A DNA stretch of 60,357 nucleotides, filler included, from Sphacelaria rigidula (Eukaryota): the NCBI GenBank assembly GCA_964200075.2. It is 8 parts of 8 records of this genome, joined end to end, with 100 filler letters (N's around TTAATTAATTAA, not from the genome) between each part and the next. Parts side by side here need not be neighbours in the genome. Positions count along the whole stretch, not along the records: positions 7,559 to 15,016 come from CAXNAA020014832.1; positions 15,117 to 22,574 come from CAXNAA020014833.1; positions 22,675 to 30,132 come from CAXNAA020014834.1; 5 more parts are not named here. One strand, written 5' to 3'. Under the pieces are notes generated by a model, which saw only the letters and a program-made list of their open reading frames with translations, made no database searches and was not told where the DNA came from. This document shows positions 12,525-24,329 of the stretch, piece after piece (position 1 is the stretch's first letter; each line of letters begins with the position of its first letter). A program made the position numbers and the translations under genes.

Positions 12525-13166
12525 TTACTCTCACCTTCCAGTAAGCAGAAATCATGTGATGCCAAATGATCTTATCTTGTTGGACGCAATATAGTGTGGG
12601 CTACGACGCCAGCCAGAAGAAGGACTGGTGGATCATCGCTGTGGAGGGACTCCCCAGACTCACTGGCCTCAGTTTCAGTTGTCAGCCTTGACAACGGTGT
12701 AAGATAACGCCCCGTTGGTTGACAGTTATAAGGCAGGCTGTTGGTGTTCATTTCGTCACAAGTGGTTCACATGTTGACAGGAAACGTTGATCTCGTGAAC
12801 CTGCCAACTATACCCCGCGCGATGATTACTCCACCAGAATTTGGGAATCGTCCCGCCCCTTCATGTTCGCTGAGGGCCGCGCAGCGACGCCCCTCCTCCA
12901 GATGGCCCGGACGGAGTGACGGAAGGCCACGGCATGGGAGCATTCTACCCGTACATCATTGGTGAGTATTTTATAAAACATTGTACCTGACGTTTAACCC
13001 CGTGGCGACGATGCATGTGCGTTGGAGCGTGCGCAGAGATTATAATGTATCCCGTGGGTAATACGGGATAGGGTTTTATTCATCTGCCGTTATCAATCTC
13101 TCACATGGTGTGATGTGCGCGGGTACAGCAGCAGTAGTTCTGCACAACACTACGCGTATATTTGAA

Positions 13167-13570
13167 GGGCAGGTCGGGTGGGGTAAGTACTCCGGAAAAC
13201 TTACTGGGTTGAATGCCCGGGTATCTCCTTTACCCGAGATTTATTCAAGTCGATTAAATGCGTCCTCAAACATTCTACACAAGATCTGGGGAGATTGGGT
13301 ACGACCTCAAATACTTTGCCCAAAAATTGGGTACATCGGGTATGACCTCAAATACTCAACCCAAGTTTTGGATGGATAAAGTACGCACTCAAAAACTATA
13401 CCTATATTTCGGCTAGATTGGGAACGTCCTCAAAGACTGTACCCAAGTATTGGGTAGGCTCTCACAGCAATACCTGGGTATTGAGTATTAGTTCGGTATC
13501 ACCGCAATACTCTACGCAAATGTTGGGAATGTTGGATATGATCCAAAATACTTCACCTAGATTTGAGTAC
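13167..13570. mobile_element. Partial MITE with ~41-bp internal repeats
   Basis: Starts AGGGCAGGTCGGGTGGGGTA, followed by repeated GGGTACGACCTCAAATACT..CCCAA units. No right TIR seen. Confidence 0.65.
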
Positions 13571-14092
13571 GGCCGTGTCTTACGACATCATTTCTCGATC
13601 GGAATGAAGTGCGGTGGAATCGACTTGAGCGAGTTCGTTCACTTTGCGCGACTCGGGCCCAAGCGAATTGCAACCTATCGATCGACAAGATACAGTGAAA
13701 TTCGTGAAGCGGCACTACATTACAGTACTGTATTGTCTATACCGCATGCGTTCAGTGTGTCTGATCGTGTGTGTGCGTGCTTCGCACCTGAGGATGTGAA
13801 AGAGAACCACGTCGTTCCCCTGCCGATCTCCACCATGAAGGAAGATGCTCAAGTTTCTCCGACAAAAAATAAACAAACACATCATACCCAACCACTACAG
13901 TGTATCAATATCTGTGCCCAACTCCTGCTCTAGGCTACACGGCTGCGGTGGTGGTTGAGAAGTAGTGTGGGTTTTGGATGGCCTTGGGTGCTTCTGTGAA
14001 CGGGCGATATCTGGCGTGCATGCTGGCTTGCATCATGGGAGGCAAACGCCCCTTCCTGCCTTTCCTCCCGATGTTTTCGATCGTAGAAGCCT

Positions 14093-14476
14093 AGGGCACG
14101 TCGGGTAGGGTATGTACCAGGGTATTTACTCTACCCAAGATGAGGACACATTGGGTACGGTCTCAGATACTTTACCCAAGTATTGGGTGAGTACTCTTGA
14201 CGATACCTGGGTTGGAAGTGTCACTTCGGTACGACCTCAGTACGCTATCCATAATAAGGGTAGATCAGGTACGACCTCAAATACTCCACCCAAAATTTGG
14301 GTAGATTGGGTACGATCTCGAATAATATACTCGAAGATTGTCCAAGTACTCTCCATAATACGTGGGTGTTGAGTATCACTTCGGTAAGACGTCATCAATC
14401 TACCCAAATGCTTAGGTATAACGAGTATGAAGTTTACAAATACCGACTATCGGGTATACTATACCTGACCTGCCCT
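14093..14476. mobile_element. Complete MITE with ~41-bp internal repeats (Harbinger-like ends)
   Basis: TIRs AGGGCACGTCGGGTAGGGTAT and ATACTATACCTGACCTGCCCT enclose GGTACGACCTCAAATACTC..CCCAA units. Confidence 0.75.
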
Positions 14477-14804
14477 TGATGTATTTTCCGACAGTAGTAC
14501 AGGTGGGTGGGTGTCTCATTTAATTCATTTCTCTCGCAGCGCATTTGGATGTAACATAAAATCATAAGTAGGAGAGAAAGAGAAAGAACGAAAAAGAGCG
14601 TCTGCGTAGAATCCCGCGAAGGCGCAGAGATGCTGTGTGACTTGCAGTAGTTGAACGGACGTGTATCATGCGGCCAGCTGTCGTCGTGTTATGGTCTTCT
14701 TTCTCTGCCGTAGCGTCGCTTTTTCGTGCTGTTCGCTGCTCCCCCTCTCCCGCTCCCGTGAAATGTCCCGTGTCTTCTCCCCTCTATTGAAGATCACCTA
14801 CATT

Positions 14805-14914
14805 GGATGTGTCTCTCTTAGGAGTAGAAACGGCGCTCCGTCTCGAAAGGGATGCGTGGTCAATGGTCAAACGACTACTGTAAGGCAGGCAATACATGAG
14901 TACCCCCCCCCCCC
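14805..14914 (+). mobile_element. 5'-truncated LINE 3' end (family A) ending in poly-C
   Basis: Encodes GCVSLRSRNGAPSRKGCVVNGQ, then CATGAGTA followed by C12. Confidence 0.85.
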
Positions 14915-15016
14915 AGGGGAATGGGAAGGATCGTTCCACGTAGTGTTTAAATGATGAGGCACCAATGAGGCAGTATATATACCATGGCTGTCTCGGGAAG
15001 TGGCGATACCAGAAAA

Positions 15017-15116
15017 NNNNNNNNNNNNNNNNNNNNNNNNNNNNNNNNNNNNNNNNNNNNTTAATTAATTAANNNNNNNNNNNNNNNNNNNNNNNNNNNN
15101 NNNNNNNNNNNNNNNN
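15017..15116. other. Artificial scaffold linker
   Basis: N44-TTAATTAATTAA-N44. Confidence 0.99.
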
Positions 15117-15509
15117 CCTTCTTTCAAACCTGGCGGGCGGACGGGGAAGCCGCAATCCCTTGGGTTAGGAGAGTCATTCCAACCTTGTCGATGTACTTTG
15201 GAAAAACGAACTCGTTCGTTTTCAAAGGTGTTCCGAATTTGGGTACATAATAACATATGTTATATCAATACCGAGTGTTGTCCTATGCAGTTCACCACAT
15301 CATGAATGCACCCGCTTGTATCTGCGGCAAACGTGTAGGCAGGATATCACGCCACGCGCTACAGTATATCGCTACGTCACATTTTGTAAAGCTGTCCGTG
15401 TTGCAGCTACACCGTGTGTTTGCCTCAGGTGGCGCACGCAGGAGTGAAAGGCCGCCTCCGCCGCTGTAATGGCTGCCTGTATCTTGGGCGAAGCTGTATG
15501 GTAACACAG

Positions 15510-15590
15510 CCGCGGCTGATGCGCCCACATGTACCGAAAGGTGGAGACGGGCGTCTAGAATAGATGGGACGACAACACACACAAAGCACT
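15510..15590 (+). mobile_element. Isolated copy of the SINE 3' tail
   Basis: CGGCTGATGCGCCCACATGTACCGA..GGCGTCTAGAATAGATGGGACGACAACACAC matches the 3' ~80 bp of the SINEs at 4253-4997. Confidence 0.7.
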
Positions 15591-16193
15591 ATATGCATTA
15601 CACTTCCAACATCGTGTTCGTACTGACTCTAGAAATATTTTGTCCACGGTTGGGTACATTTCCATATATAATGCAGGGTCTGGTACATCTCGACTTATAA
15701 TGGGACGGAGGGTCTGGTATGTTTCCACCTGTACATGTATGTAATAATGTCACTTGGTGATATCGAGAAACAATCCACAACATCTGGGCGATATGTAGGT
15801 GAGGCGCAATCGTCGAGATATTCACCTGCCTCAAACTCTGCTCCAGTGCACTGTAAGTTGACATCGCTAGAAGGACACTACCATAACCACCTTGCCGGCT
15901 GCCAGCCTGTCACAGACTGTCAGGACGAAGGATCCGCTAGCATTGCTCCTGTCTGTACAGGGGTGTTGCCCCCTGGTCAGGTACGTTTTGAAACATGATA
16001 CTAAATGAAGATCATCCTTCCTTGTACATGGGCACGAAGCGCTGGGGGTTCTTACTCAAGGCTTCGATTTGGATGATCATACTAGGTAGACAGCGGCCAC
16101 TGCTGTGTGTCCAGGCGCCCCTTGGAGCAGGATGCGTTTGGTGTCTGTTTGACAAAGTTATCCTCGAAAAACGAAATCGCCAGAGCTTTTAGA

Positions 16194-16351
16194 GTGGGAA
16201 AATCTAGTAAAAAAACCATCGCAAGAATCCGATCGCAAGCATTCTGACGCAAAAAACACTATCGCAAGAATCCGATCGCAAGAGTCAGGTCGCAAGAATC
16301 CTGACGCAAAAACGGAGTCGCAAAAAACCAGCAAGTCGATTTTTTACCCGC
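16194..16351. repeat. Short element of iterated (T/A)CGCAA motifs with weak terminal IR
   Basis: About eight CGCAA motifs, e.g. ATCGCAAGAATCCGATCGCAAG twice. Ends are GTGGGAAAATC and GATTTTTTACCCGC. Confidence 0.55.
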
Positions 16352-17994
16352 AGCAGAAACCAACCTTACACTGTGAAATTGGAACCACAATACCCTACAC
16401 AAACACAGGTGAAGCCATTTGTTTGCATATCTCTTTCGCTGGCTACGCCGTTACACCTCTCCGATCATATCTGCCGCTCCCCTTTATTTGACTTCACTAC
16501 GGACAAGGTTTCTAAGGTGTGTACCGAAGCCTCGTGGGTTATGCTGAACCCGCTTATTCATATAAACTCTTACCGCCCGGAAACACAACCTCTGGAAGCT
16601 TTACCGAGTTGTTTGGCACATGAACATCATGGCATAAATGCTGACATGGACATGAATTTACACAAATTAATTGTTTCGCGGTCAAAGCGATGAATACAAT
16701 AAAACCTCTACTCGGATAAATTCATGCCCTACTCGTAGTGAATTCTTGCCCCCGAAACGGCACTCAAGATACCATAGCCCTGGGGGCACTGGGACAAGGA
16801 GTTCAACACGACCGCAAAAACATGGTCGTTTTCATAAGATTAAAATACTGTTCCACCCTGGAATTTTACCTGGAATGGTCCGCTAAATACACTAGAAAAC
16901 ACCCAAGCGTCAAAAACCTCGTGTACCGAGAGCTGCAAGGTTTGGAGTATGAAAACCCCGAGTAGGGTGCCTCACGCTGGCGGGGCTAAACCACGACAAC
17001 ACATATCAAGCATTTTCTGTACTCTACAACACACCGATGAACAACGCGCCTTGATGGTAAACTCGCACTTGCACGCGCGCAGTAACTAATCGCCAACCGA
17101 TCAAACTGTGTTTGCTGAAGGGAACATTTCAGCAAAAAAAACTAAAATTGAATAATCTCTCGCCACCGCAGCTTACCCGACCTCCCCACCCCCTCCTTCA
17201 CACCGGGCGATGTGCTCTACGTATGCTCAGACTGTGGTGCTTGTGGTAGATATGCCTGAAGGGAGGACTAGTTCGGTTGGATCGGCGGGCGCGACTGCAA
17301 CGCCCGGGAGCACATGGCCAGCATGATTCAGAGATGTTCCCCGCTTGCTTCTGCGGACTTCGGAGCAGGCCTTGCAGCAACTGCTGCAGCCGAAAGGAAT
17401 TGTGATCTGCTTTGCGTACGGCAGGGCATACAGATGACGGCAGAAGTTTCAGCATTCGTTGCTCGCAAACAGCTCACTTCTTGTAGCCCACTGGAAGATC
17501 GCCCGCAGAAAACGATCAAGTCAAGATACACCACTTCGTCGTGATCGAAGTTCGTGATCGAAGGTTCACAAACATTCCTATTTGGTGGTGCAGGCGTGGA
17601 AGCTACTTCGACACCCGAAATGAAGGGTCATCTGAATGCGGCAAAAAAACAGCGCGGGGAACGGGTGAAGAAATGTAGGCCGTGAACCAGCATGCGTTTT
17701 CCATGCTCTAGGATCAATTACACTCCATACACTCTATGCGTCAGCACTTGATATATGCATTACTCAGTAGTGTACGCAACCAAGACCGCAACGTCAACAG
17801 GCGAAATCGCAAGGATAAGTTATTCAACTTCTGGAATGGCATCACCGTGCTACCTGTAGATCTTCGGTTTGCTATCAGTACAGCTGTGGCCCGCGCAAGT
17901 GCAGGTTTGAAAAAAAATCTCGGCTGCAATATTTCCCCCGTCATCTCTGAACTGTTTACCCCACACAATACACGACGATGGTTTGAAACGCCCA

Positions 17995-18478
17995 CACAGT
18001 TTGATATGGTTCTGACGTATCTGAGGTCGTAGTTTCCACTTTTGATACCTTTGACACGGCGTTTGGCCCCCAAACAGGGAATATCGCCATCACACGTCTT
18101 GGAAACTGTGCATCGCCCCATCGACAGAAGTCCAGCCCATCGTTCAGATTAGCTTGGCCCCGGGGTTTCGAGAACGCCCTCTGGACAGAAATGCGGCTGG
18201 AAATGAAATGCGGCTAGAAATGAAATGCGGTGTATGCAGGTAGTTTCATTTCACGCGAAATACCCGCATACGCCGGATTGTTTTCCGGTCGCAGTTTTGT
18301 CTAGAGGCCGCTCTTGAATTCTTGGGGCCAAGTGATTCTGGGAAGTGGGGTAGACTCCTTTCGGTGGGGCGATGCAACGTGCCCACGATGTGTGGCGGCG
18401 ATATCCCCTGTTTGGGAACCGAAAACTGTGTCCCAAAAATGGAAAATACGACCCGAAACAAACACAAAACTGTACGAA
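17995..18478. mobile_element. Diverged foldback element
   Basis: Two ~240-bp arms centred near 18250: CCCAAACAGGGAATATCGCC pairs with GGCGATATCCCCTGTTTGGG, and TGCATCGCCCCA pairs with TGGGGCGATGCA. Confidence 0.75.
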
Positions 18479-19909
18479 ACGGTCGTACATCGGTGCACGC
18501 GTGGGCATGTTGGCAGCAGTCTCAACTTCAAACGTCCGGGCAATGAAGTCGAAATTCTCTGATTTGACGGTACCATCCCCATGTTGCATAACCAAGCCCT
18601 CGTTGATCCGGTCGGAGTTGAACGAAGCAAAGAAGATATCAGAAGATGTGCACGAATGCTTCCGCTGGAGAAACGTGCATGTCACTGTGCCGATGTTGCA
18701 CGTTGACATGTATAGAAGAGACACGAGCGGCACGATCAATGTGGTCAACGGGATCACGTGGCTGCCCCCTCGAACTCTGACTCCTCCTCGGGGATGGGAT
18801 ACCAGGGGCGACTTACCCCTGTGCGGCTAGGAACCTAGTCACTCACCTCCGTGATGTAAAGCGTCAGAAGCGCATGGAGCATGAAGCACATATCAAGCGC
18901 GTGGCGAGTCTGGACGGGATGGCAGGCAAGGAATGGTGAACGCTTGGTACTGCATCGATTGCCCGTATGTATGTACGCAGTGTGAGGAAATGTTGTCTCA
19001 TCTTCCACTGTTTCAAATAAGGAGCAAGGTGAATTGGAGGGATGGAACGCTTCATCCTCAAGAGACACGCTACTACCAAACGGGTTGTTCATGCCGCTAT
19101 TCGAACGCGTTTCCCGTTAATGGGTGAGCCTTCACAGTAAACGAAATACTCCACGGTGGTAGCATTCATCCGCCTTACACTCGATATGCACTAGCAGTCG
19201 GATCCCATCTGCAGAAGCACAATCGCTTACACCTACCTCACCAACGCTGAGGTTACACTCATTGCACAGCGTTACAAGGGAGGCTCATGCTTTCAGGGGA
19301 CGACGGGAGCACCCAATCATCATGACTGTGTGGGCCGTCGCGAGATATTGTTATACTGACTGTTGTGCAAGCAAGTGAATCCATCATCGAACGACTCACA
19401 TTTGGTGTCTCCTTTGCGGAGCTGAACACTGTGAAACCCACGATCGTGGTAGCCACCAGAACAATCATGATCACCACGGTGCACACTACGTTTCGCACGA
19501 AGATTCGTCTGTACGACTCCATTGTCGACCGGTTGTGCACTAAACCGCTGACCACAAGCGGCTTCAGGAATAGCGCCAGGAGTAGAATCAGCTTTCAAGA
19601 CCGGAAAAAAACAAAGTGCACGGCGAGCAATACATCCAAGCAGCGGCATCGTCAAGAGGGCTTGCACACATGCGGAGGTATAACTTTAGCGATGATATGT
19701 ACGTTTGGGCACCATTGGCACCTCATGTCTTCAGGGGAAAAGGAGCTGGAAGTTCTCATCAAGGCAGGTTGATTTCATCCTCTGCACTTTTACACTAGCA
19801 GGACATATGCAAAGGCTTGATATAACATTATAGTTCCCACTACTCTCAAAAATGCACTACGGCATCAGCGGAATAAAAATATTTGTTCCTGCTGGAACGT
19901 GCTGAATTA

Positions 19910-20152
19910 TGCCACGGTAGGGGTGCACTTTTGCGCGAAATCGTGTTTGGTCCAGGGGCTCCTAAAGATTCTACATGCACAAGAATGCGACTCAGGGCAC
20001 CCCCGTTTGTAAATCCATTCGAGATATTCCTAGCACATTGGAATAGTAATCCTGGCGTACTTTCACATATTTCATGAGTCGTGTTTTGGATGAGATGAAG
20101 GGCTCCTACCACTTCATTTTTCAGAATATAATTGTGCACCCCTACTGTAGCA
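19910..20152. mobile_element. 243-bp MITE (same TIR as 12394-12524)
   Basis: TGCCACGGTAGGGGTGCAC at the left end and GTGCACCCCTACTGTAGCA at the right end. Confidence 0.85.
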
Positions 20153-21122
20153 TCCCTCTGCTTGATAGTCTACGCATGGGGTCGACAGAGCCACGCGCAG
20201 CATCAGCCTACAGCAACAAAAATGGAAAAGTTCAGAGTTCGGAGACATGCCGCGATCTAACGTCTTACTTCCCGACATCACAACATGGCACGCGGAGTAC
20301 AAAACAAAACACCACGAAAGTGGGAATGTAGAAGAAGGTAGGTAGAGGAGATAATAGAGTAGAGGGATGCGACTACTAGCTTCCCGCGTTGCGGCGATAG
20401 AGGTTTACAGTCGACGGCATCGACATAACGGGTAGCACAAGTACAAACAGTCAATATTTCCCTTCTCTTGGCAAATAGAAAGCCAACAGCGCGTGCGCCA
20501 ATAAGCTATGCAGTGATGTATGACATGAAACCTGCGAACATTGAAAGCTTCCCACGCCTATTTATTTCGACGCAATTGCAATAATATACAGCATTAGCGA
20601 CGGAGCCCGTGTGCTGTATGGTACAACAGTGGATACGTTCACGAGCGTCGAGAGCAAGGCCAATGTCAGCCCTAGTGTCCAAACGACACTAACGAGGGTT
20701 GAGGTTGCATACCTGAATCAGTACGAGAATGTTATTGACGAGATATCTCATCGACATTTCTCTCCGGTTGATAGGTGTCATGTCCTCGATGCCATTCTTG
20801 CACTCGTCTCCCTGTGAACAATGACCAGCATGGGCGACATCAACCAAAACTTAGACCGAGGAAAATCATCTTTTGCTGGTGCGCACGTCTCCAAAGCGTC
20901 GCATGTGTTATAGATGCAATCAAAGTCAGACTATTTTCTTTCGCCTTGCCTGCTGTGGTGCTGTGTAACGAGTTTGAAGGAAGCCATCACAACTTTCGCG
21001 CCAAAGCCGTTAGTATTTTGGATTTCGCTGAAGAAACACACGTACTGTATACTGTACTGCGAGAGCGCACAGCCCCACATCACGCATGACATTCGGACAT
21101 TTTTTCTCACCACACCATCATA

Positions 21123-21334
21123 GTTTCATGAGTGGGAGGACCGCGTGCTTAGGGGACCGCATCAGAGTTAAAACACTCCTATGGTTAGGGTGAGGGTTGG
21201 GTTGGTGTTTGGGTTAGGGTCGGGGGCGTGGTCCCTGCAAGAACTGGCCCGATTGGGTGTGAAGAACATCGATCCTAAGGTGTTGTGAACTCTGATGCGG
21301 TCCCCTGAGCACGCGGTCCTCTCACGCATTACAA
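21123..21334. mobile_element. MITE with internal telomere-like (GGTTAGGG) tract
   Basis: ~40-bp TIRs GAGGACCGCGTGCTTAGGGGACCGCATCAGAGTT and AACTCTGATGCGGTCCCCTGAGCACGCGGTCCTC. Interior reads GGTTAGGGTGAGGGTTGGGTTGG..GGGTTAGGG. Confidence 0.85.
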
Positions 21335-21458
21335 TACGTCGCGAATGCTCAAGAGGTTTCATTGTTTACATTCTTCTGGCACCAACGGCCTGAACCCTGT
21401 GCATTGGACGTACATGACACTCTCTTCGAGACCTTTTGTTAGAAGAGCAGCAAACATG

Positions 21459-21555
21459 AGCCCATCTCAACAGAACATCGTAACCAATGAAAAGGTGTAC
21501 TCAGCAAAGATAAGCCCATCTCTACAGAACATCGTAGTCAATAAAAAGGTGTACT
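21459..21555. repeat. 54-bp period tandem duplication
   Basis: AGCCCATCTC.ACAGAACATCGTA..CAAT.AAAAGGTGTACT occurs twice. Confidence 0.8.
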
Positions 21556-22510
21556 GCACCTCCACCCTCAGCCACTCAACGAGACACAGAGTGAGCAGCA
21601 CTCTCAAGATGTATTGAGCGAACTGAAACACGCTCCTCACAGAATTTCCTGACTCACTCGGAGCAGTAACATGCTTGAAAATAATACTCTCTTGAGTGAC
21701 AAACAAAGGCGGCAAAAGGGCTTCCTCCGCGGCAGGTAAAACAGCGGGCTCACTGACGACTTCTTTTCTCTCTAACACCAACGGCGATTCGCCTCCGTGT
21801 CCATCTTGTTCATACCTAAGGTGAATCAACACGCGTCCAATTTTGTCTTCCAGTAGAGAAGTCAGTCCCGTGAATCGCTCCACCGGTTGAAAATGTACAT
21901 GTACTTCCCGACTCGTTCGAGGCTAGGCCGTCGTAAGTGGAGAGATTCATAACCCTGCTGCGTAATATCCTACATGAATCCATGAGAACGGCGACGAATG
22001 AGAGCATTCCTCCTTCACTACAGTGAGAAAATTCAACAAACACAAGAAACGGATGACAAAATGCATTTTCGACGGCGGGTGAGAAAATCCGTCTCCGACG
22101 CCACTTTTCTTACAAGCTTTACCCTATGTACCGCAACAAAGGTCACCAATTGCTTGCTAAAATAAAACATCAAAGCTACGGATATCACAAACGCAATTTT
22201 CGCTTGTTTCACCGAAGAAACAGAGCCATTTGGGCCTCAACATGTCCTCGAAGTACGTCTGGCTGCGCTTTGCTGCCACAAATGAGTCTATATACTGCAT
22301 GCAGCAGGTATGTGTCAGAAAAATGCGGCTCAAATGCTTCTTGCGCTTACACCTCACCTCGCCACTTAGGCCGCCGGGATAGGTGAACGCTATCACTAGC
22401 CCCGAGAGAGGTCTAAAGAAGAGTCGAGAGAGGCGGAAAGGTACGCGGGGAAGGTCGGCGAAGGCGATTCAGTCGGCAAGGGCGCTTCAGAAAAAAAAAA
22501 GTGTTCACGC

Positions 22511-22574
22511 TGTAATGCGTGAGAGGACCGCGTGCTTAGAGGACCGCCTCGGGATTTGAACATCCCCACGGTTA
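22511..22574. mobile_element. Left end of the telomere-like MITE family (cut by contig end)
   Basis: TGTAATGCGTGAGAGGACCGCGTGCTTAGAGGACCGC...GGTTA. Confidence 0.75.
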
Positions 22575-22674
22575 NNNNNNNNNNNNNNNNNNNNNNNNNN
22601 NNNNNNNNNNNNNNNNNNTTAATTAATTAANNNNNNNNNNNNNNNNNNNNNNNNNNNNNNNNNNNNNNNNNNNN
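22575..22674. other. Artificial scaffold linker
   Basis: N44-TTAATTAATTAA-N44. Confidence 0.99.
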
Positions 22675-23062
22675 CGAAAAATGGACACAATCCCGGGGGG
22701 CGGTTGATTCTCATTTCAAAATACCTTCTCATTTTTCTGGCAACCCTGTTAAGGGTGTATCGAGCATCTTTCCACTTTATCGCATCACACAGTACGTCGT
22801 CTTGAAGTGCGCGTTGGCCAAAATAACGCAACAAGAGCAGGATCTTACAGGTTAGAATATCTCATCTTTCCTCCCGGAAGCTTTCATCAGGTCAAGATAG
22901 ACAGAGGCACCAAGCAGTTCCCCGGTCCAAACAGCTATTTCCCTTTAAATCTCGAGTCCAACAGACAGTTCTCTTTTACCGTCGAAGTTTTCCCGCTTAT
23001 ACAGGGGTCTGTCGGGAGACACTATACTGCATATTCTGGCATGGTGCATTTAGCATAAATTT

Positions 23063-24015
23063 ACCCCTCGCGAGGGCCCGAATAACTTGCTAACTCGCGC
23101 AAGAGCCTGAATTACTTGCCAACCCTCGCGACAACTCTTGCGAGAGTCATCAAGTACTTGCTCTGACGACCAGGAAATATCTATTTAAGCCAATAGGTCT
23201 GGTCGTTACGGGTGGTCGCGAGAAGGGGGTTCTGTCGCCAGTGGTTGTTGCAAGAAGGTGTCTGCTCCTCTCGCAGCCTTAGAGTTAGAGGGGGTCCGTA
23301 CCCTCAGCGTCCTCGCGAGCAAGGGTCGGTACCGCCACCCGCATGGTTGATGAGCACGAAGATATGGATGAGTGGGGTAAATTGCGATCAGAATGTGACA
23401 CGGGATACGTGATCGGCCGGGGCCCGTGACGATACAGACTGATCGAAGACTATTTCGATCGATCACTGACTCCATGCCATTTTTTTAACTTCCAGGCGAC
23501 GCGGTATACTGAACAAAGAACGACCAGGGAGTATTCATTTGAGCCGAATGATTGGGTCTTAAAAGAGTTATCACGAGAAGGGGGTTCTGCCGATAACATT
23601 GAAAAGGGATAATACTGGTTCTTGGTAACGACCTGGCCGTTGTTGATTACCACCTGGCCGTTGTCGAGAACCAACTGGCCCTTGTCAATGCTGTAGTAAC
23701 TTCGTAGCTGTGAGTGGCCACACGGCTGCTGCAAGCCATACATATTTGGTGATGAGTCTGCCCCATTGAAATGAACATTTCGTATAGAACCTAATCGAAA
23801 TTTCGTAATGAGCATGGACGCGCCGTTCAGACCCCTTCATACGCTGAACGAAGGCCATAAAAGCCGTTCAGGCCCCTTTATACACTGAGAAGCCGTTCAG
23901 ACCTCGTCTTGCGAGAGTCAGCAAGTTATCCGGACTCTCGCAAGACGTCCTCTCACCTTTTGCGAGAGTCCAAAATTACTTGCCGAGAGGTGAGAGGACC
24001 TCTTGCGAGAGGTCC
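23063..24015. mobile_element. Putative non-autonomous element with TTGCGAGAG/CTCGC subterminal repeats
   Basis: Clusters of CTCGCG/TCTTGCGAGAG and TAACTTGC/TTACTTGC motifs occur at 23063-23160 and 23905-24015. TIR and TSD are not clean. Confidence 0.45.
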
Positions 24016-24329
24016 ATTAAGCTTATATGGACCATTACTAAAGATGTAAGGGTCCCTCGGGAAAAGAGTTTTGGACACGTAGCCCCCCTCCCCCGCCCGC
24101 CTCCCGAAGGGCAATGTTTCGAATATTGTGATTTCGTTTTGTTTTGTTCATCGTTGTTCAAGAAAATGCTCACGGAACACTGGCAAAAACCCAAACGTCT
24201 GGTGGCCTTTGCGAGATTCGTTTTGTTTGCTTTTGCTCCTTGTCTGCTCCGTCTCGATGACCTCGGATGCCGGCAACGCTCACACACATGAATGCACACG
24301 AGCGCACGGTAGCGACAACCTGTAGCCAA

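Noticed and set aside
21183..21225. True telomere
   Set aside because: The tract is short, degenerate, internal and enclosed by MITE TIRs.
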